Shown in pieces: positions 36,870-48,924 of a stretch of DNA of 64,000 nt. This stretch comes from Octopus sinensis (taxonomy: Eukaryota). A program made the translations under genes and the position numbers. The DNA is taken from assembly GCF_006345805.1 (NCBI RefSeq), contig NC_043015.1, positions 19,406,001-19,470,000 of the forward strand, given 5' to 3'. Position 1 is the stretch's first letter; each line of letters opens with the position of its first letter. Below the pieces are notes generated by a model. The model saw only the letters and a program-made list of their open reading frames with translations, was not told the DNA's origin and ran no database searches.

Positions 36870-39085
36870 TAGTAAATAGGAAAGAAAGGGGCTTGGAAAT
36901 GTCATTATGAAAGACTGCTGAATGTGGAAAATGAATGGGAGGAGTCTGCCAATGGTTGACCCAACTGAGGGACCAGCTACCTGAATTGACAGTACCCTGG
37001 TAGATAAAGCAATTAAGGATATGAAGACAGGGAAAGCACCTGGCCCATCAGGAAACACCACTGAGATCCTTAACATATCCTGCATCATAAATCAGGTAGT
37101 TCATGAGTCATACCCAATGACTGGTGTAGCAGCACCATAGTCAACTGCTACAAGGGTAAAGTGATGCTTCAGATAGAAATAACTTCAGGGGTATCAAATT
37201 ATTGGATCAGGTGATGAAAGTTACAGAGAAGGTCACAGCCCAACTAATTAGGGAGTGAGTTAGCCTAGAAGAGATGCAGTTTGGTTTTGTGCTAGGCAGA
37301 AGCACCACTATATTTCTGGTAACACAAATGCAGGAGAAATATCTTGGTCGCCTAGGTAGCAGAAGCTATTAACTACTTCTAGTTTCTCCTCTTCTGGTAT
37401 ATATCTGGTAAAGCAAATGTAGGAGAAATATCTAGCCAAAGATAAACCTCTATATTAGATTTTGTTGACTTTGACAGGGTCCCCCGATCACATATCTGGT
37501 GGTCAATGTGGAAACTGGAGATAGATGAGTGGTTGGTAAGAGCTGTCAGTAAGGTGAGGGTTGGCAACAAGTACAGTTAAAAATTCCTCAGCCCCCTCTT
37601 ATTCATTATAGTCCTCCAGGCAATAACACAATTCAAGACAGGCTGCCCCTGGGAGCTCCTCTATGCTGATGACCTTGCTCTAATAGCTGAGTCACTGCCA
37701 GAACTAGAGACGGAGTTTAGGGTGTGGAAGCAAGGTCTTGAACCAAAAGGCCTTAGGTTTAACCTAGCAAAAACCAAAGTCTTAGTAAGTAGGAAGGCTG
37801 TCAAATCACAACCCCTTTTAGGTAGATGGCCCTGCTTGATCTGTAGAAAAGGCATGGGTAAAAATTCCATACGATGTACCTGATGTAAGCTATGGACACA
37901 TAAAAGATGCGGCAATATCAAAGGAAGGTAAACCGTGAAAATAGTTTTTGTGTGTGGCAGATGCACTGGAGCAATAAACACTGAAGATGTACAGAAACCT
38001 GATTCCATCATATGCTAAGAGGAGAAACTAGAAGTAGTTAATAGCTTCTGCTACCCAGGCGACCAAATTTGTAATGGTGGTGGTTGCCCTGAGAGTGTAG
38101 TGACTAGAGTAAGAATAGCCTGGGAAAAATTCAGGGAGCTCCTACCTCTGCTGGCAACTAAGGGGCTCTCGCTCAGGATGAAAGGTAGACTGTATGATGC
38201 ATGTGTGAGAACTGCCATGCTACATGGCAGTGAAGCATTGGCCTTGACTGCTGAGGACATGCATAGGCTTGAAAGAAATGAAGCTAGTATCCCCTGCTGG
38301 ATGTGTAATGTCAGTGTGCATACACGACAGAGTGTAAGTGCCCTGAGAGGAAAGTTGGGCATAAGAAGCACTGGTATGGTCATGTGTTACACATGGATGA
38401 GCACAACTGTGTGAGAAAGTGCCACTCCCTAACTGTGGAAAGAACTTGTGGAAGAGGTAGACCCAGGAAGACATGGGATGAGGTGGTGAAACATGACCTT
38501 CAAACATTGGACATCGCCAGGGCAATGTCAGGAGACCGAGACCTTTGGTGATATGCTCTCGCTGCCATGCATGTGCAGCCCAGTTTAAAATACCCCTGAT
38601 GTGTCAGGCAATATGATATGCTTGTGAAGACCTGTTGAGTCAAGTAAAAACAATATCATGGCTTTGGCCAGTGGCCTCTTACTGGCTTCCGTGTCGGTAG
38701 CATGTAAAAAGCACCATTTGAATGTAGTCAATGCCAGGTCCGCCTGACAGGCTCCTATGCCAGTGGCACATAAAAAGCACCAACCAAATGTGGCTGATGC
38801 CAGTACCCACTAACTGGCTCCCATGCCGGTGGCATGTAAAAAGCATTATCTAAACATGATCAATGCCAGGCCCACATGACTGGTTCCTGTGCTGGTGACA
38901 TGTAAAAGGCATCCATTACATACTTGGAGTGGTTGGGGTTAGGAAGGGCATCCAGCCATAGAAACATTGCTAGATCAGTTTGGAGCCCGGTGCAATCGCT
39001 GGCTCCCCAGACCTCAGTCAAACTGTCCAACCCATGCCAGCATGGGAAATGGATGTTAAACGATGAGGATAATGATGATGATGAT
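36870..39085 (+). mobile_element. old decayed RTE LINE (RT plus 3' tail)
   Basis: Degenerate VDPTEGPA, KTGKAPGPSG, LYADD, RVRIAWEKFRELLPLL, and a tail ending (GAT)n then (TA)n. Confidence 0.88.
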
Positions 39086-39521
39086 ATATATATATATATA
39101 ATCAAGTAAATGTAATAAACCTTATTAAGTGATGATAAATCCAATGATCATACTGGTTAGTTGCCAATCTATAGAAAGTTTAACTATAAAGTAACCATAT
39201 AAACTGTGGTTCATATATTTATATATTTAAAGAATAAGGAGAAAATGGAGAGGTAATTAATAAAATTATTTATTAATTGTAAAATATGACAACATCTCTG
39301 ACAGCTGTTTCTTTTCAGATAACGGCTATAAACCATTATTATGTTTATAACAATAATTTAATAAAATTTAATTTAAATAAATAAATAAATAGCAAGTCTA
39401 GAATAATATGGAAAGAGAAAATATCAAAAATACATGATATATCCATACATCCCTTAAGAAAATTAAGACACAAAATATACACTACTTCCTCCCCATACGT
39501 TGGTTTGTGGCATTATTATTA

Positions 39522-41700
39522 TCTCTCTATATATAAAAGGCAGTTTGTCTGTCTCTCAGGTTGTACCCTCACCCTGACCACGGCTTTCAACCGATTCTGA
39601 TGAAACTTGACACACATATAGCCCAATGTCATAATTCAAAACTAACGCAGCGAAAATTTTGAAAAGTTCCCCCAGTTCTAAAAAAAATCGATAAATTCGA
39701 CATGGGGTCGAGAATCTAAGCTTATCATATGCAACACATTTTCCGTTGTAGTTTTTGCAACTTGCAATCGATTTTCACCAAACTCATGGTGAAGCTTTAT
39801 GTTACCCTAAGGAACTTAATTCTGACGTTAGTTTTCCATGCAATACCTTACCATCAGAAAAAATCGATAAAATCATGCCATTTTGGGAAATCGCGTTCAA
39901 ATTCAAGATGACATATTTTCGACAATATCTTTAACAAATTGGCAGGAATTTTTTTTGAAATTCACAGCAAGCATCATGTCTGCTCCAAGGAGCTATATGG
40001 CCCTTTTGATTCCAATAGGATACGTTATTACTGGAAAAAATCGGTTAATTACATCATGTGTCACACATAGCAAACCAATTTTTCTGCGATATTTTTTGAA
40101 AGTTCACATAGATTTTCCCTACACCGATGTTGGACATCAAGTTTGCATTAAATGTCAAACTAACAACCTTTTGTCAATGCAGTTAACAAGTATTGGGAGA
40201 AATCGACAAAACCATATCACTTTGAGACCGACCATGCGAACCCTACAAAACTGACTTTTGTTAAATAGTTGGCGGATTTCAGGCGCTTTAGTCGATTTTT
40301 GCTGCTTTTATCATAAAGGTTACTAGAAATGGCATATGTTTTCCTTTTGCTTCAAATCCGAGCAATGTTGGGCTGTAGATGCGTTTGCAGTTGTGTGCGC
40401 ATGTGTCCTTGACACGATGATTGCATCTCTTCCCATTAGCTCCCCAAACGGTGAGCAATGCTCTCAATTAAACACCCTTTGGTCAATCACATGCACTGAC
40501 ACACTCAGTTGTGCGCGTATAGTTTGTGACTCCCACTTCTTCTCTCGGTTCACACCCGCTCGCTTCACACATTGGCCTACTTCTGCTAATTGCTGCTGCA
40601 GCCGCAAGTTATTCAAATACTTTTTTTGTTTAAACTTTCTTTATAACTACCACCCCAAACGTTTTACCTTGAATCTTTGACGTACCCTAAGGTACTTGCA
40701 AACTCTTAGTTTATTATAAGCCGCTTTTGTCGTGTGCACCAAAAAACCTTTTCCATTCGTTTGTTCATTTTTCGCTTTTTCGTTGTTGTCACTCACATTG
40801 CTGCCTGCTTTTTTTCCGTTTTTGTACATTTTAGGATACTTACCCCACGTGTTCCTTTTTATTACACCTTTGCTAAACACATTGCTATCCACCAAAATGC
40901 CACCCAAGAAGAGAAGGACCCTCCTCAGCCCTCGGATGACCAAGGCATCGGCTGCTAAGCCTAGAAGGGCACGCGAGACCCACAAGGAAACCACCTTGTG
41001 CCTCTCGCAAAAAGCTTCCCGTTTTGCCACTGCTCAGGCATCTGAAACTACTAGCGACCATTCTACCCGACTTGCAAGGGCCGCAGCGTACAAATCTTCC
41101 CTCTGTCCGAGGTTGACGAAAGAGCAACAGTCCAGCCAAAACATGCAGGCTTCTACCTGTGCTTCCATCCACAGAGCTCGCGAGAACCCCGAACAAGGGG
41201 CTATCCTAGCACCGCCAGGACATGATCTGTCGAAACCCTACAGCAGAGGAGAACTCGCCAAGCTGCTGACGCCGCAAGCACAGCCATGGCCCGATCTGCC
41301 GAAACTCCAGACCAACGAACTATTCGGACATCCAGAGATGCCATTAACACTGCTTCTGCTAGGGCTTCAGAGTGCTGAGGCGAGAGCTGAAAGGCTTTCA
41401 AGGGATGCCACTGCTACCGCTGTCGCATGCGCATCTCAATCTGCTGAGGCACGGCACACTCGACTTGAGAATATCAACCAACGTCAGGATATTATTTGTG
41501 GTGTACGTAGCCCTAAACAAAACCAGAAAATGCACTTTGACTGTCATAGATTTTCTTCATGCATGCAAAGGAACGGTGCCTTGAATGCCTTAAAGGCTTC
41601 ATTTTACAAAATAACGGTTCAATGAGTACAAAAAAGGGTAAAAAGGTAAAGGGCATTGCTTATCGACAAAGTTTCTTACATACCTGGGCTATGGTGCTAG
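39522..41700 (+). mobile_element. internally deleted Helitron
   Basis: Inserted between A and T. 5' end TCTCTCTATATATAAAAG, 3' end ..GGTGCTAG. Contains a RepHel-type N-terminus (MPPKKRR.. with repeats RSAETPDQRTIR and SQSAEARHTRL) but no Rep or helicase motifs. Confidence 0.72.
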
Positions 41701-42150
41701 TATATTTATAAATACATGTTTTTCTGCTTCCTTTTCCTTTTTCTCCTTCTCAGTACCCTTTGATATCATATTAATCTCTTCTCTTCTTTCTCCAAGACAC
41801 AAAATATACACTACCTTCCCCCTTATGTTAGACTGAGGCCTTCTATAACTGGCTCTTTTTGTATATATGCTGTCAGTTAATGGTTTATAGTCGTTATCTC
41901 AACACATATTTCTAATTGATATATATTTACTACTTCTGAAGTAATTCATCTTATAATGATTTTAATTTTATAATTAATTATCTAAAGATTTCTGAAATGA
42001 AACAGCTGTTGGAGATTTTGCCATATTTTATAATTAATAAATAATTTTATTAATTACCTTTCCACTTTCTCATTATTCTTTAAATATATATATACAAAGA
42101 TAACAACTGTACAGGCACATGAGGAGAGAGAAAAGGTCCTCAACGCCCAC

Positions 42151-44121
42151 ATGATGATGTGGACAATTGTTCTGGGACCCCAGAAACGTACAGCAAATAA
42201 TTTTCAAGCCTGGAACAATGATATCCCGGCACTGTATGGACTTCGCAAGGACCATAAAATAATTACTGACCCTATAGCAGGACCACCAACAAGACCAGTC
42301 TGTGGAGCGAATATCGCTAGCAATTACAGAATCTCCTACTTCCTCTCAATGATCATACACCCTATAATCCGGATGTCACCTGATGTTTGTGACAGCACAG
42401 AAGATCTCCTCAGCAGGATCGATGACTGTAACAGCACTTGTGACCTGACAGGATGTATGGTGGGTAGCATGGATGTGGTATCCCTATACCCATTGATTGA
42501 CGTAGATTTTGCGAGGGAGAAGTGCGTGGAGATGATCAATGAGAGCCAGGTGGAGTTCTGTAATGTCAACACAGAAGAACTGGGCCTCCTACTTAGACTG
42601 ACATGTAATACTGAATACTTAGATAAACATAATCTTAGTAGTTTCTGCCCCAGAAGATGTTTAAGAGGTAGACCGCCCACAATTACTTCTATGGCTAGGA
42701 AGACACATATAGAAAGATGGCGCAGATGGACCAGAGCCATACGGAGCCCCGCAAATGTCCATCAGATAAAGAAAATGATCGCACATGCACTAGGAGCTAG
42801 TATAAGAATTACCCTAAAAGGCCACACGTTTAAGTTTAATAATAAAATATATGCCCAGGACAAGGGGGCAGCCATCGGCGTTAGTATCGCTGGTGATGTG
42901 GCCAACCTTTTCATGGTATGGTGGGACAGAAGGCTTAAAGAACGCCTAACACAGAACTCCATACTCGTAAACATGTACTCTCGCTATGTTGATGATATCA
43001 ACATAGTGGTAAAGGCACCCCCACAAGAGAGTAATGTTGATATAGTAATAGAAACTAATACTATGGAGAGCATCCAGCAAATAGCTAACTCCATCCACCA
43101 GAGTATTAAGGTTACAATAGACTACCCCACTAAACACCCCAACCATAGACTACCAGTACTAGACACCGAACTCTGGCTAGAAATTGTGAATAATAAAACC
43201 CAAATCCTTCATTCATACTATGCCAAACCTATGGCCTCAAAATACTTGATCCACCGGAACTCAGCCATTGCGGACAATGCCAAATTCAATATTTTGATGG
43301 CAGACCTCGTCAGAATAATGAGAAATGTGTCATGCATGTGCAAGCCCACAGAGTTAAAGAGACACATACAATATTTCATTCACCGCATGCAGTTCTCAGG
43401 TTACAGCCATAAAGAAAGGATCAGAGTATACAAAGGAGCCATTAAGAAATTTGATAATATATTATGTAATGATAGGAATGGTATTTGCCCACACTATAGG
43501 AACAAGTCATGGAACACTATAGAAAGGACAAAAAAGAAAATAGGGAAGGCTAACTCTTGGTATGATAGCCATAAATACCAGAGTGTCATGTTCGTTGACA
43601 CCACCCCTGGAGGTGAACTGGCATATCGCTTTAGAAGGACCCTAGACAAACTTAAGCTAAGAATTAAGGTTGTTGAAAAGCCAGGCAACCCTATCAAATC
43701 TATAATTGGTAGAACCTATCCTTTTAGTAGAACCCCCTGTACGGATAAGTACTGTACTGTATGTAGATTTAGCCCACAAACAAACTGTAAAGCCAGAAAT
43801 GTAGTCTATAGTATAAGATGTATAGAGGGACGATGCAGTAACAAGACAACGACATACGTAGGGGAAACGGCAAGAAGCATAGGAGAGCGGGTAAATGAGC
43901 ATTGGAGACAACTCAAGGAAGGTAAAAGCTCATCGATTCTGTACCAACACGCCGAACAAGAACATGGGGGATCAATCAATAACATAGAAATTAAAATATT
44001 ATCCACACATAGATCAGATGCAACAATTAGACAAATTACAGAAGCTACACACATAATAGAAAATAAACCTAGCCTGAATAGAAAACTAGAATGGAGCACT
44101 AACACACACCACAACATATGA
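42151..44121 (+). CDS. Penelope RT plus Cys-rich linker plus GIY-YIG endonuclease (656 aa, N-terminally truncated)
   Basis: LYGLRKDHK, TRPVCG, SMDVVSLYP, QDKGAAIG, YVDDI, PCTDKYCTVC, VVYSIRC..YVGETARSIGERVNEH, ITEA, LNRK. Confidence 0.88.
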   Translation: MMMWTIVLGPQKRTANNFQAWNNDIPALYGLRKDHKIITDPIAGPPTRPVCGANIASNYRISYFLSMIIHPIIRMSPDVCDSTEDLLSRIDDCNSTCDLTGCMVGSMDVVSLYPLIDVDFAREKCVEMINESQVEFCNVNTEELGLLLRLTCNTEYLDKHNLSSFCPRRCLRGRPPTITSMARKTHIERWRRWTRAIRSPANVHQIKKMIAHALGASIRITLKGHTFKFNNKIYAQDKGAAIGVSIAGDVANLFMVWWDRRLKERLTQNSILVNMYSRYVDDINIVVKAPPQESNVDIVIETNTMESIQQIANSIHQSIKVTIDYPTKHPNHRLPVLDTELWLEIVNNKTQILHSYYAKPMASKYLIHRNSAIADNAKFNILMADLVRIMRNVSCMCKPTELKRHIQYFIHRMQFSGYSHKERIRVYKGAIKKFDNILCNDRNGICPHYRNKSWNTIERTKKKIGKANSWYDSHKYQSVMFVDTTPGGELAYRFRRTLDKLKLRIKVVEKPGNPIKSIIGRTYPFSRTPCTDKYCTVCRFSPQTNCKARNVVYSIRCIEGRCSNKTTTYVGETARSIGERVNEHWRQLKEGKSSSILYQHAEQEHGGSINNIEIKILSTHRSDATIRQITEATHIIENKPSLNRKLEWSTNTHHNI

Positions 44122-44183
44122 CGATAGAGGATCCTGAAAACATAATAAATACACAGATAAATAAACTAATAGAAATAAATAAC

Positions 44184-44291
<108 letters not shown>

Positions 44292-44634
44292 TTTTTTTTT
44301 TTCGATTCAATTTATTATTATTATTACTAGTATTGTTGTTATACATACATACATACATACATACATACATACAAGCATATGTAATGATAATAATAGGTGG
44401 ATGTAAACACATGAACAAAATAAGAATAAACAAAAACAACAAAAACAAAATACAAATTACATGAACATATATAAACAGAAGATACAAATATTACAGGCAT
44501 CCCCCCCACACACACACTAAATAAACATAAACGCACATAGAGATATAAGCATGCGCAAATGAAGACATACAATAGAAATACAAAATGGCTGACGGTTAGT
44601 AAGGAGAGACACAAATAAGAAAGAAGAAAACAAA

Positions 44635-44679
44635 GGACCACTGATGCGGTCACAGGAGTGTGACGAAAGAACTCTGGCC
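44635..44679 (+). ncRNA. type I hammerhead with altered position 9
   Basis: GGACCA [CTGATGC G] GTCAC-AGGAGT-GTGAC [GAA] A-GAAC-T C/TGGCC. Confidence 0.6.
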
Positions 44680-44862
44680 GAAATAAGATTAAGATTAATG
44701 TAAAAAATAAATAACACTGAAGCAAAGTAACACCAAATATATAGTGCATGTGTTTTTATTGGCTAAACTGGCAAAATGACCATTCTGAAATATAACAATA
44801 TCTGTTTCAACACACGACATAAAAAATCTTGCACAACAAATATTTAAACGTACTAACGTGAG

Positions 44863-44900
<38 letters not shown>

Positions 44901-44904
<4 letters not shown>

Positions 44905-45552
44905 TCATCATCATCATCATCATTTAGCGTCCGTTTTCCATGCTAGCATGGGTTGGACGGTTCTACTGGGGTCTGTGAAGCCAGAAGGCTTCATCAGGCC
45001 CAGTCAAATCTGGCAGTGTTTCTACGGCTGGATGCCCTTCCTAACGCCAACCACTCCGTGAGTGTAGTGGGTGCTTTTTACGTGCCACCCGCACTGGTGC
45101 CAGACAGAGCTGGCAAACGGCCACGAACGGATGGTGCTTTTTATGTGCCACCGGCACGAGGGCCAGGCGAGGCTGGCAACGGACACGAAACGGGGCGGTG
45201 CTGGCAACGGTCGCGAAACGGAAGGTTCTCTTACATGCCACCGGCACTGGTAACACATCTGCAATTTCCATTGATCGATTTCGATTCTGATCCTCACTTG
45301 CCTCAATGGGTCTTCACAAGCAGAGTTTCGACATGCCACCGGCACTGGTAGCACATCCGCAATTTCCATTGATCGATTTCGATTCTGATCCTCACTTGCC
45401 TCAACACGTTTTCACAAGTAGAGTTTTGTGTCCCAAGAAGGGAAGGTATGCATACGTAGGCTGGCTCCATGGACTCACTTGTCCTGCCAGGTCTTCTCGC
45501 GCACAGCAAACTTGCAGAGGTCTCGGTCTCTAGTCATTTCCTCAGTGAGACC

Positions 45553-45556
<4 letters not shown>
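44901..45556 (-). mobile_element. young RTE 3' end (5'-truncated)
   Basis: Near-identical to 7370-8039. (TA)n on both flanks. Confidence 0.93.
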
Positions 45557-45580
<24 letters not shown>

Positions 45581-45583
<3 letters not shown>

Positions 45584-46710
45584 CACAAACTGCGTGATCT
45601 CAGCTTATTTAGAAAATTGGGAGAATGGCTTCATGACTTTCTGAAGAATGGAAGTCAAGTAGTTGTAGCCAGTGGGCCACCTCCAATGACACGTAGATAG
45701 TTAGTGGTGTTCCACAAGGCACTGTTTTGGGACCACTACTGTTCATAATGGCCCTCTCAGACATGCTCTCAGCCACAATCACAAGTTATGCAGATGATAC
45801 AAAAGTCTCACAGGTAATACAGAACCCTGAAGACACTATGCACCTGCAATGTGAGCTGGACGAAATATACAAGTGGGCTGAAAAGAATAGCATGCAGTTT
45901 AATGCTGAAAAGTTTCAAACCTTGTGCGATCAGCATGCAAAACTAAATGTAATACCCATTAAATACAATGGACCTGGAGGGATTGTAATCCCAGAGGCAC
46001 AGTCAGCGCGATACCTGGGCATTTACATGAGTAATGATGCATCCTTCCATGTGCATGTTGCTAAATTGGCAATGAAATGCAGACAGCTGACTGGATGGAT
46101 TCTTAGAGCTTTTAGAACAAGAAATCAGGAAACTATGATGGTCCTCTGGAGGACACTTGTCCTAAGCCACTTTGACTCTTGCTCTCAGCTATGGTCACCA
46201 ACCAGTGTCAAATTAATCTCAGAACTTGAAGCAATCCAACAAAGCTACACAAAGAAGTCTCTATGCAGCATATAAGCTACTGGGAAAGACTCAAGAGATT
46301 AAGACTCTATTCCTTAGAGCATAGGCGAGAAAGATATGCCATAATATACATCTGGAAGGACTTGTCCCAAACTTTGGCATCAAGAGTAACACAAATACTA
46401 GAACTGGATGCCACTTCATAGTGCCAAGGACTCCAAATTTGCCATCAAGATGTAGGACAAGATACTGCAATAGCTTGGGCTTCAGAGGTCCACATCTCTT
46501 CAATAGCCTCCCGAAGGACCTGAGAGACTTGTATGGGGTGGATGTAGGTGTCTTCAAAATAAAGCTGGACCTCTTACTGTCGAGTGTCCCAGATGAGTCA
46601 ACTTTGCGGCAGGAGGTGCAGATGAGAGCAATGGCATCAAACTCCCTCATGCACCAAATGTCAATTCCTAAAATTCGTGAAGTAAAATTAAGTACCAACA
46701 CCAAATAGCA
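45581..46710 (+). mobile_element. CR1/L2-like LINE RT 3' fragment
   Basis: SGVPQGTVLGPLLF, YADDTK, RYLGI, LWSP, LYSLEHRRER. Confidence 0.85.
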
Positions 46711-46767
46711 GTGCCCCAGCATGGCCACAGCTGAAACTAGATAAAATATATATATATATATATGTAT

Positions 46768-46990
46768 GCGCAGAAATGGATATGTAGTAACTTGCTTACA
46801 AACCACATTGTTCCAGGTTCAGTCCCACTGCATGGCACCTTGAGCAAGTGTCTTCTACTATAGCCTCAGGCTGACCAAAGCCTTGTGAGTGGATTTGGAA
46901 TACGGAAACTGAAAGAAGCCTGTCATATGTGTGTGTGTGTGTGTATGTTTGTCCCTCCACCATCGCTTGACAACCAATGTTGGTGTATTA
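46768..46990 (+). mobile_element. SINE family A (3'-interrupted)
   Basis: Homology to 8200-8365 and 56749-57157. Confidence 0.8.
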
Positions 46991-47212
46991 TTTACATCTG
47001 ACAGATATTTGTCCTCATCTTGTTTAACACATTTCAGCTGATACACCCTCCAGCCTTCATCAGGTGTGTTGGGGAAATTTCGAACCTGGGTTCTCATTCC
47101 TAAAGTATTTTTCGATGTTATTATTATTATTATTCAGGTCACTGCCTGAAATCAAACTTGGAATTTTGGGGTTAGTAGCCCCCGCTCTTAACCACTACGC
47201 CATATGCCTGTG
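46987..47212 (-). mobile_element. tRNA-headed, hammerhead-like Penelope 3' UTR derivative
   Basis: Minus strand GGCATATGGCGTAGTGGTTAAG.. tRNA-like head, then CTGATGA A GGCTG..CAGCT GAAAT GTGTT. Confidence 0.75.
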
Positions 47213-47445
47213 ATTCCGAGTTTGATTCCAGGCAGTGACCTGAATAATAATAATAATAATGACAACAACAACAACATTGAAAAATACCTTAGGAAAGAGA
47301 ACCCAGGTTAGAAATTTCCCCAAGACACCTGATGAAGGCTGGTGGGTATATCAGCCAAAACGTGTTAACAACAAACAAGATGAGGACAAATATCCGTCAA
47401 ATGTAAATAATGTACATAATTCCTCCCCTCTTAAATATAGAACAA
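47213..47445 (+). mobile_element. same family, head truncated, inverted against the previous copy
   Basis: TTCCGAGTTTGATTCCAGGCAGTGACC.., hammerhead-like motif at 47324-47366. Confidence 0.75.
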
Positions 47446-47449
47446 TGTT

Positions 47450-47585
47450 GGTGTGTTTATGTCCCTGTAAGTTAGCAGATCGGCAAAAGAGATCAATAGA
47501 ATAAGTACTAGGCTTACAAAGAATAAGTCCTGGGGTCGATTTGTTTGACTAAAGGCCACAGTCAAATGACTAAAACAAATAAAAG
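47450..47585 (+). mobile_element. SINE family A 3' half
   Basis: GTGTTTATGTCCCTGTAAG..CAGTCAAATGACTAAAACAAATAAAAG. Confidence 0.75.
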
Positions 47586-47633
47586 AATATATATTTATGT
47601 TTATACATATATCTATATCTATATATATCTGTG

Positions 47634-47670
<37 letters not shown>

Positions 47671-48269
47671 CGTATTTGTATTTGGTTTGCAAAGTTCTTG
47701 ATGTGAACTCGTGTGTTGAAAGAAATACATTATGCTGATAATTATAAACACACACACAGGTTCGGTCCTTTGTTGTTATTGTTCAGTATTTGTTCTGTTG
47801 TTATTTCTTCTTTTTTTTTGGTCAAATAAGTATTTGATCGCATTGGTGATACATCTCTCAACTTCCATTTCTTTTGAATTTATGTTTCAATGTTGGGATT
47901 TGTCCAAGATGAGTATGTGAGTGTGTGTATGTCTGTACATGTGTGTGTTTTTTAAATATGTCATTTCTCATATACTTAAGATAGCGATTTTGGTTTTCTC
48001 TTTGTTTTCTTCGCAAATGCACATGTTCATCCATATGATGTTCCTCTCAAAGACATTTAAACCATCATCTTTGTTTGATAAATGTTAAAGTGATGTCTAT
48101 CTGTGTATGAGTATGTGTGCATGTGTATGGAAGGTATGTTTGTGTGTCTGTGTTTGTGTATCCGTGTGTGAGCACGTGCTGTGCCTCAGTGTGTCTTTAC
48201 ATGTGTGTGTGTTTGTGTGTACGTCTGCATGAACTAGCACTGTATGACTTAAAGAAACTGAAAGACAAA

Positions 48270-48920
48270 TTTACATTATTTACAAATGATGGACATTTGT
48301 CCTCATCCTGTTTGTTGTTAACACGTTTTGGCTGATATACCCTCCAGCCTTCATCAGGTATCTTGGGGAAATTTCTAACCTGGGTTCTCATTCCTAACGT
48401 ATTTTTTTGATGTTGTTATTATTATTATTGTTATTATAGCACGGGCTACTGCCTGGAATCGAACTCGGAATCTTGGGGTTAGTAACCCACACTCTTAACC
48501 ACTACACCATATGCCGTCGGCAATTATGGAGTGAATTTTAAGGCTTATAAATCTAATATTCTCCTATCCTTCCTTAACACCAGTTCCCATATGCTATTCA
48601 TATCTGCACTCGGTCTGCTTAGGAGGTTGTTGTGTCCTAGCATATGTGCTGCTTCTTTTAGTTTTCGCATTTTCCAGTAGTGTTCTCTGTCTATTATTTT
48701 AACTTCATCCCACAGGGAGAGGCGGTCTCCATTTTTCCATACATGATCAGCTATACCAGATTTATCAATATCTCCCCATGTCACAGCTTTGTGATGTTCC
48801 TCTACACTTATTTTGAGGGGGCGGCATGTTTTTCCTACCACAGCTGCATGAGATGGAGTAAAACCACCAATAAAAGAGAATATGACTAAGAACTGCATGA
48901 CATTGACGGAGAGTATCAAT
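48270..48920 (-). mobile_element. Penelope-like element family 4: GIY-YIG C-terminus plus tRNA-like/hammerhead-like 3' UTR
   Basis: GKTCRPLKISVEEH..SGIADHVW..WDEVKIIDRE..RKLKEA, stop at 48545. About 30 nt later comes the tRNA-like head, and the hammerhead-like motif at 48320-48362. Confidence 0.82.
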
Positions 48921-48924
48921 ATTC

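Noticed and set aside
39285-39325. GAAACAGCTGTC hammerhead 3' half on the minus strand (also plus strand at about 41995)
   Set aside because: Stem II is absent. At best it is a relic, and it cannot be called.
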